64,000 nt of DNA from a virus: positions 2,705 through 66,704 of the IMG/VR virus record IMGVR_UViG_3300036466_000503, one strand, 5' to 3'. The notes beneath the pieces are model-generated. The model was not told the DNA's origin, did not search any database, and saw only the letters and a list, made by a program, of their open reading frames with translations. Position numbers and translations under genes: made by a program. Positions within the stretch are counted from its first letter, which is position 1; each line of letters starts with the position of its first letter. This document shows positions 18,004-27,256 of this stretch, piece after piece.

Positions 18004-19389
18004 TTGGTAGAAAAAAATAAAGAAAACAAAGAACAAAAGGTAAGTATGGGTTCTTTTAATCATTTTGGTTTTGATATGAGTGATTATGAGCAACCTTCTT
18101 TACAGTCATTTTTAAAACCAAAGTCAAGAGAACGAATAATTGACAAGGCAAAGGAGTATGTTTGGAGCAACGGTTTATTATTTAGAATTATAAAATTAAA
18201 GGTTGATTTTGCTTCAGCAGGAGTTGAACCAATACACGAAGATCCTAAAATAGAAAAATTCTATAAGGACATATACGAAGAGATTAATATTAATGAATTT
18301 GTTAAAAATGCTGTATATGAACACGAGATAGTTGGAGAATGGTATCCCTATTATAATTTTGAAGACGGAAAACCAACTAACCTATCCCTTGTTGATCCTA
18401 AACTTATTGAAGTTGAAACTGTTTTTAATAACGACTTAATTTTTATGAGACCACCAAAGGGAATACAGAGAATGCTTAGTAATTACTCAAAATTAGACGC
18501 AAAACAGCAGGAACAAGTCAAAAAAAGAATACCAAAGAAATTCTTAAAAGATTGGAAAAATAACAATGCAGTTTTATTAGAGGGTGCAAAAAGATATACC
18601 AACTTAAAATCAAGTTATGAAAAATATGCACATTCACCAATAGAACCAATATTTAACGACTTGGAGATATACAGAACAATGCAGCAGGCTGATTTTGCAA
18701 CAGCGAAAAAACTAAAGCAGTTATTACTTCACATTAAAATAGGAAGTAAAGATTATAATAATGGAAATGCAGTTGATAAAAAGTTAATTGACGCTGTAAT
18801 GGAAATGTTTAATAATCCCTCAAAAAATATGGAAGTTTTTACTCAATATTTTGTTGACGCTGAATATATTATACCTGATATGGATATATTTGATAGTAAA
18901 AAATACGAAGCTGTTATTCAAAGCATAGTTAATTGGTCAGGCGTTAATGTAATGGTAGAACAGGGTGGAAGTTATTCGCAAGGGTATATAAAGATTAAAG
19001 GACTTAAACAGTCAGTTGAAAATGCAAGAGATACAGTTAGAAGTGCTTTAAATGATTTAAATAGAAAAATTGCAGAGGAAAATGACCTTAAATATTATGG
19101 AAAACTAAAACTTCCAACTATTAAATTTAATAATAATGCACTTAAAGACGATAAAGAAATCAGAAATATCACTACATTATTATACAAGCACGGTTTATTA
19201 AGTGGAGAAGACACAATGAAAACATTTGATTATAACTTTGAAAGACAGATGAAGAAAAAAGAGAGTGAACAAAAATATGATGATCTAATTAAAATACCAT
19301 TTGAACCAAGTCAGGGTTTACTTGCTGACAATGATAATAGTACAGATAATAAAAATCCTAAAAATGCAGAACAGCCACGAGCAAACTAA
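18004..19389 (+). CDS. Portal protein
   Basis: Position after TerL, size 461 aa, SPbeta-like organisation. Confidence 0.75.
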   Translation: MVEKNKENKEQKVSMGSFNHFGFDMSDYEQPSLQSFLKPKSRERIIDKAKEYVWSNGLLFRIIKLKVDFASAGVEPIHEDPKIEKFYKDIYEEININEFVKNAVYEHEIVGEWYPYYNFEDGKPTNLSLVDPKLIEVETVFNNDLIFMRPPKGIQRMLSNYSKLDAKQQEQVKKRIPKKFLKDWKNNNAVLLEGAKRYTNLKSSYEKYAHSPIEPIFNDLEIYRTMQQADFATAKKLKQLLLHIKIGSKDYNNGNAVDKKLIDAVMEMFNNPSKNMEVFTQYFVDAEYIIPDMDIFDSKKYEAVIQSIVNWSGVNVMVEQGGSYSQGYIKIKGLKQSVENARDTVRSALNDLNRKIAEENDLKYYGKLKLPTIKFNNNALKDDKEIRNITTLLYKHGLLSGEDTMKTFDYNFERQMKKKESEQKYDDLIKIPFEPSQGLLADNDNSTDNKNPKNAEQPRAN

Positions 19390-19404
19390 AGGGGGTGATA
19401 TATT

Positions 19405-20460
19405 TTGAAGAACACAAATATTAAAGTAACTGATATTAAAATCAGTAAGGCTTCTAAAAAAGCAACTCACGATAAAATGTATATTACATTTATTTTACTT
19501 CATACACTCCCCCGCATTAACGGTAACGGAGAAGCTTTTCATATAGAGGAAACCAAGAAAGCTGCCAAAACTGTTGAAGAAGGTTTTTTGAATATAAAAC
19601 ACATACAGGGGTTTAATGTTGGTTCTGTATTAGAAGCAGAATATAAAGAAGACGAACAGGGAACAGGCTATATAGAATGTGTTGGTGTGTTGTGGAAGTC
19701 AAGTTTAAAAGAATTTGATATCAATGTACAGGATATTCTTGACGGTAAGTTTGGTGTTTCTATGGAGGTAAGTTATACAGATTATTACTATCTATTAGAT
19801 GAAGAAAGAGTAGAAAGACCACAGGGTGAAGATTATCTGAAAGACTATATTGGCGGAATGTATGAAGGAAAAAGAGTTGTTAGAGTTATTAAACCGATAG
19901 AATTTCGGGGTGGAGCAATAACAGATACTCCTGCTGATACGGGAGCTGTAATAAAGAAAGCTATTGCTCAACTTAATAATAAAGGAGGAAAACAAATGTT
20001 TAAAGAGTTACAATTTGAAACTGAAAAAGAGTACAATCAGTTTTTAGAAGAACAAAGAAAAGGATTTGTTAGTGTTGCAGAGGTGCTAAGTTCACTTCCT
20101 GAAGATATGGAAATTGAGAGTTTAGCTGAATTAAACGAAAAAGTTAATGAAATTAGAGAAGACTTAAAAGTATCTAAAGCAGAATTTGTTGAATACAAAA
20201 AAGAAGTTCTTTTTAAAGAAAGAAAAGAAGCACTTGCTGAATTAGATATCGAAGTTGAAGACGAAGCAAAAGAAGAAATTGTTAGTATGTCAGAACTTGC
20301 TTTTGACTTAATCGTAAAAAGCAACAAATCAAAAGTAGAAAAACTTAAAGAATCTAAAGCTTCTTTGGAAACTAAAAAAGAAGAAAAATTAGATCTTTCC
20401 GTTCAGATTGAAGATGAAGGTACAGAATTAAGTGTTGAAGAAATTATTGACGCACTTTAA
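19405..20460 (+). CDS. Prohead protease-scaffold fusion
   Basis: N-domain NGNGEAF..H..VSMEV..FRGGAI..PAD. Acidic coiled-coil C-domain with internal RBS and ATG at 19996. Confidence 0.7.
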   Translation: MKNTNIKVTDIKISKASKKATHDKMYITFILLHTLPRINGNGEAFHIEETKKAAKTVEEGFLNIKHIQGFNVGSVLEAEYKEDEQGTGYIECVGVLWKSSLKEFDINVQDILDGKFGVSMEVSYTDYYYLLDEERVERPQGEDYLKDYIGGMYEGKRVVRVIKPIEFRGGAITDTPADTGAVIKKAIAQLNNKGGKQMFKELQFETEKEYNQFLEEQRKGFVSVAEVLSSLPEDMEIESLAELNEKVNEIREDLKVSKAEFVEYKKEVLFKERKEALAELDIEVEDEAKEEIVSMSELAFDLIVKSNKSKVEKLKESKASLETKKEEKLDLSVQIEDEGTELSVEEIIDAL

Positions 20461-20506
20461 TTCATTGGTTTAAATTTTAAAAAAATAATAAGGAGTTGAA
20501 ATTTTA

Positions 20507-20998
20507 ATGAAAAGTAAAACTACAGTTTTTGAGTTTGGTTTTAATTTAATTGGAGCGAGAGTTAGTCTTGAAGGTGAAGACTTAGTTGGTGTTTTTAAAG
20601 CCCCTGCTGATATGCCTACACCTACTCTTTCAGGAACACCTGTTAACATTAGTGAAGTTAATGAAGGAGAAGTTGAAATTAGTGCAGACGGTGCAAAGCC
20701 TGAATTTTTACTGTTTTCAAAGGTTGCCGAGAGAGCAGATAATACCTTCTTTTATGAAGGAATTAAAGTTGAAGATACAGTAGAGCCTGGCAACCCTGTA
20801 ACTATTGTTCCTTTCAAATCAGGTGCTATTGTTAATACAGCATTACTTGCTGAAGGTTATACACCTGCTGTTGGGGATAACTTATACTTTGCAGGCGGAA
20901 AATTTACTGCAACTGATCCAACAGGAGATGCAAGTGGAGTTGTTGTTGGTGTAGTCAAGCAAGTTGTTAATGGTAGAGCAAGAGTTCTGCTTAAGTAA
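20507..20998 (+). CDS. Capsid decoration/cement protein
   Basis: Lies between scaffold and capsid genes. Gly/Val-rich beta protein. Confidence 0.6.
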   Translation: MKSKTTVFEFGFNLIGARVSLEGEDLVGVFKAPADMPTPTLSGTPVNISEVNEGEVEISADGAKPEFLLFSKVAERADNTFFYEGIKVEDTVEPGNPVTIVPFKSGAIVNTALLAEGYTPAVGDNLYFAGGKFTATDPTGDASGVVVGVVKQVVNGRARVLLK

Positions 20999-21046
20999 AA
21001 TATTCAGAATATTAATAATTTTCAAATATTATAAGGAGGAATTAAT

Positions 21047-22114
21047 GTGAAAAGATTAGATACTTTACTGCCACAAAACAAAGAAAGAATTGTTTCAAGG
21101 GCAGAAAAAAGAAAAGAAGAACAAGGAAAAGTGAGTAAGGCTGAAAAGAAAAAAATTATCACAAGTTTAGCTTCAAACAAAAAAATTCAAACAGCTTATG
21201 CTGCAAAAGTTGCAAATAAAACTTCCGTAGGTATTGAAGGACAGTTGGTTTTTACTGACTTTTTCAATATGGGAACAATCGGATTAGACGAGCCACTTAT
21301 TTATACTTTAGACGAGCCTGTTGAAGAAGCAGTTATTAATGAAATCTCAACTCACGGTGGAAACCCAAGAGAGACTGTAATTAATAACACAGACTATGTT
21401 CAGGTATCACCTTATGAAATCTCTTCCCCAACACGCTCAATGTCCAAGTTTTCATTGAGACAGGGAGATATTTCTACTGAAGAAAAAATGCTTCGTGGAA
21501 TTGAGAAAGGTTTGGCAAAAAGATTAGATAAAGACGCTAAAGCAATTCTTGAAGCAGGAATTACAAATAACCTTGCAGGTATTAAAGGTATTAATGTAGA
21601 TCCTGATGTATATGACTTCCCTGCAAGTAATGTCTTAGACTTTACTGCTGAAGGAAAAGTTACTCTGAATGTATTAAAAGGTATTGCTGCATATATGAGT
21701 GTTTTAGGTAAGAAAATCAGAAATGTATATATTCCTGCAACACGCAGAACTGATGTTTGGGACTTCTTATCTCTTCCTGCGGGATACAGTGATGGTAGTG
21801 GTGTTACTGCTGATAGTGTAGTTCCACAATCATTACACGAACAAGTAATCAGAACAGGTACTCTTTCCAATGTATTTGGTTATAATATGAACCTTATTCC
21901 TGTAAACACTCTTAATGGAGACCCTGCTAACGGAGAAGTAGCTCTTTGGGTATCAACTACTGAAGCAGCAGGAGAATACAGAGAAATTCCAAAAGTAACT
22001 GATACATTCGTAGAAGAAGACAAGAAAAGATTATACTACACATTAAACAAAGGGGTAGCAATGTTCCAAACTCCTAATCAGAGACTTAACTATGCAAAAG
22101 TAATTATCGGTTAA
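21047..22114 (+). CDS. Major capsid protein
   Basis: 355 aa, strong RBS, position in module, followed by a terminator at 22121-22155. Confidence 0.8.
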   Translation: MKRLDTLLPQNKERIVSRAEKRKEEQGKVSKAEKKKIITSLASNKKIQTAYAAKVANKTSVGIEGQLVFTDFFNMGTIGLDEPLIYTLDEPVEEAVINEISTHGGNPRETVINNTDYVQVSPYEISSPTRSMSKFSLRQGDISTEEKMLRGIEKGLAKRLDKDAKAILEAGITNNLAGIKGINVDPDVYDFPASNVLDFTAEGKVTLNVLKGIAAYMSVLGKKIRNVYIPATRRTDVWDFLSLPAGYSDGSGVTADSVVPQSLHEQVIRTGTLSNVFGYNMNLIPVNTLNGDPANGEVALWVSTTEAAGEYREIPKVTDTFVEEDKKRLYYTLNKGVAMFQTPNQRLNYAKVIIG

Positions 22115-22187
22115 TAATTAAAGGGGTATTTATTATTTATACCCCTTTCTTTTTTAAAAAACATTAACAAGGGGGAAGGAAAGGAAT

Positions 22188-22619
22188 ATGAAGGTAAAAT
22201 TATTTGAAAGAACAGCAACTCCACATATAGGTGGTCAGGCACTTGGTTATAAGAAAGAAGTTTTAATTTCAAATGAAGAGGCTTTGAAATTTTATTTAAA
22301 AAAGGGTTTGGATATCAGAATTAAAAAAGGAGATAAATACATTACAGCAGACGAATATTACAGTCAAGAAGAAAAAGTAGAAGCTGTTGTTAATGAAGGG
22401 CCAAAAGAAGAAAAAACAAAAAAAGTTTCAAGTGAAATTAATACTACAGTTGATTTTGAAGAATTGTTTAATAAACATTGGAAAACCCAAATAAAAGAAG
22501 TTGAAAAAATAGAAAGTAAAACAATCCTTAAAAAAGCGTTAGAGTATGCAGAAAATATTGAAGCTTCCGATTCTGTTTTAGAGGCAATTAAAAAACAATT
22601 ACAGGTTATTGATAGTTAG
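22188..22619 (+). CDS. Hypothetical head-associated protein
   Basis: ORF in the structural operon. Confidence 0.6.
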   Translation: MKVKLFERTATPHIGGQALGYKKEVLISNEEALKFYLKKGLDIRIKKGDKYITADEYYSQEEKVEAVVNEGPKEEKTKKVSSEINTTVDFEELFNKHWKTQIKEVEKIESKTILKKALEYAENIEASDSVLEAIKKQLQVIDS

Positions 22620-22631
22620 GGGGTGGAATAA

Positions 22632-23084
22632 ATGACTAATATTAAGGAAGAAATGTTGCCAAAATTGAGACGATTAATAGGAGATACTGAAGAACCTTAT
22701 GCTTATACAGATACATTATTAATTGAGTATATAGAAGACAGTTTTGACGGTCTATATCTTGATTGGCAGCACGATTATGTTGTAGATAGAAGCCTTCACG
22801 GTGTTAATCCTGAAGTTATTCCACCACACCAAATACTATTTGTTATGAAGGCAAAATTAGACATAATAGAAAGGCAGTCTGATAATTCATTCAGAGCAGG
22901 CTCCGTTTATATCACCAAAAAACACGATAATGAAGATAGACTTCGTGATGATTTGGAAAAAATAATAAACAATATACTTGCAAGAGAATGTATTGGAAGA
23001 AGCCAAACAGAATTTGATGACTTCAAAAATTATGCTTATAAGGATTGGGGGATCAAAAAATGGATAATGAACGATATATATTAG
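22632..23084 (+). CDS. Head-tail adaptor
   Basis: LRRLIGD...YTD..L..YI pattern typical of adaptors. Confidence 0.6.
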   Translation: MTNIKEEMLPKLRRLIGDTEEPYAYTDTLLIEYIEDSFDGLYLDWQHDYVVDRSLHGVNPEVIPPHQILFVMKAKLDIIERQSDNSFRAGSVYITKKHDNEDRLRDDLEKIINNILARECIGRSQTEFDDFKNYAYKDWGIKKWIMNDIY

Positions 23085-23317
23085 AGAAGGTTTCTAACTT
23101 AGAGGGCAGTATTTCAGCAATTTTATTTGAACATTTTTCAAATATGAAAGTTATTAAAAAAGATATGACCAATGCTTTAGATATTTTAGATACTATTCAA
23201 AAAGAAAAAACCCAAGAAAAAAAGTTGTTAAGAAAGAAGATTTTAGACAACTACAATGATTTAATCCGAGAAAATCTTATTCTCTTAGAAGAGATAGTAG
23301 ATTTTTTGGAAAAATAA
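23045..23317 (+). CDS. Hypothetical protein (likely start ATG 23060)
   Basis: ORF with RBS GGGGG. Confidence 0.6.
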   Translation: MGDQKMDNERYILEKVSNLEGSISAILFEHFSNMKVIKKDMTNALDILDTIQKEKTQEKKLLRKKILDNYNDLIRENLILLEEIVDFLEK

Positions 23318-23333
23318 AAAGGAGTGAGAAATA

Positions 23334-23783
23334 ATGGCAAGAACATTTTCAGATGTTTATGATGGTTCGGAAATAAGCGTCTCTATTGGTAGATACGAAG
23401 AGGGAGTTTGGAATTACTACCCTATCGAATATCGTAGAGACTTTAATAATGACAACCCTGATAATACAAGAAATGTCTATGACAAGTTAAAATTAAAGGG
23501 TAAAAAGTTAATCAGAACAGAAAAAACTTTATCAATTGCACAGGAGTTCCGTGGATATGGTAGAGGCTTGGACTTATTTACAGAAGAAGACGGATTAATT
23601 GTTAAAGAAGAAATTCTTCCTAATGATGGTTCTATTCCTGATGTTCCTGTAAGATACTACACCAATTGGTGTACTATTCCATTACAGGTTGACGGAATAC
23701 CTGATGTTGGGGAATTTAATGCAACATTAGAGGGTTCTTATGATGATGTAGTTACTGAAGAGCCTTTAGACAATAACTTTTAA
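23334..23783 (+). CDS. Probable tail tube protein
   Basis: Acidic beta-rich 149 aa, strong RBS, terminator at 23789-23820, upstream of the tail chaperone. Confidence 0.5.
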   Translation: MARTFSDVYDGSEISVSIGRYEEGVWNYYPIEYRRDFNNDNPDNTRNVYDKLKLKGKKLIRTEKTLSIAQEFRGYGRGLDLFTEEDGLIVKEEILPNDGSIPDVPVRYYTNWCTIPLQVDGIPDVGEFNATLEGSYDDVVTEEPLDNNF

Positions 23784-23863
23784 TTTAAAAGTGGGATAGT
23801 TGATATTATCCCACTTTTTTACAATTTTACTATTTTTAATTTAAGTAAAAGGGGTGAATAATT

Positions 23864-24187
23864 TTGGCAAAATTAAATATACAGTTAGAGGGCGTTTTAA
23901 ACTTTGTTCCCGCTGATATAAACGGTGATTATTTTAACAATAAAGCAAAAAGAAAGATAGTTATTTGGAATCAGGGTATGGAACCCGTTGATGTTACTGT
24001 TGTTGCTCAAAAAGAGTGTCAATTAGGACATTTACACGATAGAACATTTACTGTTGGGGCAGACGAGAGTTTTCTTATTCCTGAATTAAATGATCAGTTT
24101 TATGTTGACGAAGAAGGAAACACATATTTAGAGTACACAACTGCGGGAGATATTTCTCTTATTGGTGTGGCAGTTGTTGACGCATAG
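23864..24187 (+). CDS. Small beta-sandwich virion protein
   Basis: ORF in the tail module. Confidence 0.55.
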   Translation: MAKLNIQLEGVLNFVPADINGDYFNNKAKRKIVIWNQGMEPVDVTVVAQKECQLGHLHDRTFTVGADESFLIPELNDQFYVDEEGNTYLEYTTAGDISLIGVAVVDA

Positions 24188-24193
24188 AGGTAG

Positions 24194-24961
24194 GTGATAG
24201 CTTTGGCAAGGTCAGAAGTTTTATCGGGATATAATGGTGAAGCTTATTTGTCTTTTTTAACAGAAAAGGTTGATAATTATACCTTCACAAATAGTGAAAC
24301 ATTTACAATTGACAACTTAAATAATCCGTTATTTTTTCCAAAAATAAAAATAACTGCTTTAGCTGATAATGTAAATATTCAAAGTATTACAAATGAAGAC
24401 TTATTAATTACTATTCAGGAAACACTTAATAGTGGTGATATTTTAGTTTTAGATTTTAACCCAAATAAGCAGAGATATACTCTCAATGATAATAACATTG
24501 TGGATATTATTATTATGAATAGTTTATTGCTAATTAAAAAAGATAAAGTTAATACATTTAGTATTGAGGCAGTTGGAGATTATGAAGTTGAAATCACATA
24601 TCCCATATATGAAACTCAAAAGAGATTAGCTTATGTAGAGGGTTTAGACCTTAGTTATTCGTTGAGTTTTGATAAAAGAAGAGAATATATATCAAATCAA
24701 ATAATTGGTTCTGATATAACAAATAGAGAATACAGTTTTGGTATTACAAAGTTTTCTATTAATCAGAGTATTTTGGATAATATTTTACTTGGAAAAGAGT
24801 TTAAATTTCACTATCAAATTAATAATGAAGTCGTTGGAGAAGAAATAAATCATTATCTTACAGGGTGCAAGTTTAATAAATATAATTACAGTTATTCTTC
24901 CCCTGACGATATTATTGCAAGTCAGATAGACGGTTTTGCAGAAAATTTAATTAAAAAATAA
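24194..24961 (+). CDS. Tail-tube-like protein with inserted Dit-like domain
   Basis: N-terminus resembles 23334. Central I.N..N..FPKIKI...LNSGDILVLDF segment. Confidence 0.4.
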   Translation: MIALARSEVLSGYNGEAYLSFLTEKVDNYTFTNSETFTIDNLNNPLFFPKIKITALADNVNIQSITNEDLLITIQETLNSGDILVLDFNPNKQRYTLNDNNIVDIIIMNSLLLIKKDKVNTFSIEAVGDYEVEITYPIYETQKRLAYVEGLDLSYSLSFDKRREYISNQIIGSDITNREYSFGITKFSINQSILDNILLGKEFKFHYQINNEVVGEEINHYLTGCKFNKYNYSYSSPDDIIASQIDGFAENLIKK

Positions 24962-24964
24962 GGA

Positions 24965-25453
24965 GTGGTTAGTGTGGCAAAGGTAAATATTTGGGAAGAA
25001 TTAGAAGGCGTAAAGGAAAACTTAAAGGGCGAAGTAAAGGTACAACTTGGTGAAAAAACTTTTGTGTTTGAAGTAAAAATGATTGAACACGATAGAATAC
25101 AAGAAATCAACGAAGAGTATGAAAGCGATAAATATCCAAAACCTAAAATTGAAGTACCAACAAGTGATGGAGGAACAAGAGACTTAAAAGTTCCTACTGA
25201 TATTCAAAAATACAAGCGTTTCAATACCCACCCAAAAGCTAAAGAGTGGAAGAAAAACATTGAGAAAGAAAAAGATTATCGTGTAGCTTATGAAGTTTTA
25301 ACTGACGAATATAAGCCTGCTGATAACCCAAAAGACGGAATTAAACTTTTAAAAGAAAGATTAAGATACCTTGATATTCAAAGAATTGTTTCTAAAGGAT
25401 TAGAGCTTGGTGGATTTGGGGAGCAATTGGGAAAGCAAGAAGACGCCTCCTAA
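24965..25453 (+). CDS. Tail assembly chaperone (gpG-like)
   Basis: Ends with the lambda-type slippery site G GGA AAG at 25429-25435. Confidence 0.75.
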   Translation: MVSVAKVNIWEELEGVKENLKGEVKVQLGEKTFVFEVKMIEHDRIQEINEEYESDKYPKPKIEVPTSDGGTRDLKVPTDIQKYKRFNTHPKAKEWKKNIEKEKDYRVAYEVLTDEYKPADNPKDGIKLLKERLRYLDIQRIVSKGLELGGFGEQLGKQEDAS

Positions 25454-25653
25454 GTAATGACAACCCAACAGAAAAGATAGAAAAAGGGGTATCTTTAAGA
25501 TATCAGGTTTTATGTGTTTGGGAGAAGTACGGATATACGGAAAGTGATTGGGAAAATACTTCAAAGTCAACAAAGATGGATCTTATTGCAAAATTAATGT
25601 TGGATAATGAAAGAGAAAAAAGAATAAGCGATAGTATGAAAGACGGAGATTAA
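25429..25653 (+). CDS. -1 frameshift extension of the tail chaperone (gpGT-like)
   Basis: The -1 frame is open from the slip site: ARRRLLSNDNPTEK...SMKDGD to TAA 25651-25653. No RBS/start of its own. Confidence 0.8.
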   Translation, partial: GKARRRLLSNDNPTEKIEKGVSLRYQVLCVWEKYGYTESDWENTSKSTKMDLIAKLMLDNEREKRISDSMKDGD

Positions 25654-25694
25654 TGTTTTTCATACTATCTTTTTAAAAAAAAAGGGGTGATAAA

Positions 25695-26087
25695 ATGAAT
25701 TTTCTTACAGAGTTAGAAAAAAAGCATATTATTCAAAACTCAAATAGAGTATTAAAACAAATAAAACTCCCTATAAGATATGAACAAAGTAATTTTCAAT
25801 CCTCCTTTGATAGCAGTAAAGACGCTAATTATTCTGATTGGAAAGAATATTGGTGTACTATTGAAAAAATAACAAGATTAAAAACCAAAAAATATAAATT
25901 CGCTGAAGTTCAGGAAGGGGATATAATAATTTATTTTCCCTCTGATACAGATTTAAACTTAGAAGCACAAAAATATGAAATACAGTTTATGAATGATATT
26001 TACAAATCAGAATTTAAACCACAGCCGTATGACATTTTAGTAGATAGAGTTATTTCATATATGTTAGTTGGTGAATTAAATGATTAA
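25695..26087 (+). CDS. Probable head-closure protein
   Basis: Size, position, EGDIIIYFP pattern. Confidence 0.5.
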   Translation: MNFLTELEKKHIIQNSNRVLKQIKLPIRYEQSNFQSSFDSSKDANYSDWKEYWCTIEKITRLKTKKYKFAEVQEGDIIIYFPSDTDLNLEAQKYEIQFMNDIYKSEFKPQPYDILVDRVISYMLVGELND

Positions 26088-26691
26088 ATTTGATACCTCT
26101 GATATAGATAAACTAATACAAAAACTTGATAATGTAGATTCTAAAAGGGAAAGTTTAGAAAGTATTATTTCAAATACTATTTATATTGAAGCAGGGCTTT
26201 TAACTTTACTGAAAACAAATATTGGAAAAGAAGTTTACGGAACCAATACTTCAAATCCTGATAGTGTAGCAAGTGATCCTAAAGGAAGTCCTTCTCCGAA
26301 TAAAATGTATCACAGGACAGGAGACCTTATGCGAGCTGCTAAGATTAAAAAGGTTAAAGGTAAAGTTGTATTATATATAGATAGTGATTTTCTAAAAAAT
26401 AAACCACAGGCTAAATTATCAGTAGGAGAACAGTATAAGGATAACCTTACTTGGCTAAATGATAGGGGAAGAGAAACAGTTAGTTTTGGTGAAGCGGTAA
26501 ATGCACACAATGGAGAAAGTTATGAGTTAAGAGTTGAAGAAGGGTTTACTTATCTTAACCCAACGAGTACACACAGCGAAAAACCAAGACCATTTATGAA
26601 AGCAACTTTTGACGATTTGCCAAAACAGTTAGAAAAAGTTAATAAAGATAAGTTATTGGATAGAATAGTTCGTGTTATTTTTGGAGTATAA
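26080..26691 (+). CDS. HK97 gp10-like neck/tail completion protein
   Basis: RTGDL, VEEG and PRPFM motifs. Confidence 0.65.
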   Translation: MIKFDTSDIDKLIQKLDNVDSKRESLESIISNTIYIEAGLLTLLKTNIGKEVYGTNTSNPDSVASDPKGSPSPNKMYHRTGDLMRAAKIKKVKGKVVLYIDSDFLKNKPQAKLSVGEQYKDNLTWLNDRGRETVSFGEAVNAHNGESYELRVEEGFTYLNPTSTHSEKPRPFMKATFDDLPKQLEKVNKDKLLDRIVRVIFGV

Positions 26692-26724
26692 CCCCCCAAA
26701 TAATCACAGAAAGGGGTATTAATT

Positions 26725-27192
26725 ATGTATAAAAAAATAGATCCTGATAATTATTTAAATGATATTGAATTTAACTTAAAAGAGTTTATAGAACAAAATT
26801 TTGACGCTCATTATGTATTTGATATAGATAACAGCTATAAGGCAGTAGCCTCTGAACCATATAAACCCGTATTCTTCTTTCAGTTTGGAGATACTAATAT
26901 TATCAGAGAAAATGTTATTACTGCTGACGATTATAAGAGAGCAGACTTTATATCTTTTGAGTATGTAGTATTTTTATTATTAAACGATAATTTTACAGAT
27001 AATAATACAAAAAGAGAGTTAAATAAAATATCAAACCAATTTTTAAATACTTTTATTCAAAAACAACCTAAATTGTTAGAATATTTTGAAAGTATTAATT
27101 TAAGCTCACAGGGTAACGGAAACATAAAAAGTCCTAACGGTTTTCTTGTTAGTCAGCATAATTTAAACGGGATTATAAAAAAGGAAAGATAA
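26725..27192 (+). CDS. Probable tail terminator
   Basis: Position after the gp10-like gene. Confidence 0.45.
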   Translation: MYKKIDPDNYLNDIEFNLKEFIEQNFDAHYVFDIDNSYKAVASEPYKPVFFFQFGDTNIIRENVITADDYKRADFISFEYVVFLLLNDNFTDNNTKRELNKISNQFLNTFIQKQPKLLEYFESINLSSQGNGNIKSPNGFLVSQHNLNGIIKKER

Positions 27193-27256
27193 ATTATCAA
27201 ATCGGGTACAAAGGGAGGGATGATTAATCTTAAACGAATAGAGGTGAAGGTTAAAA

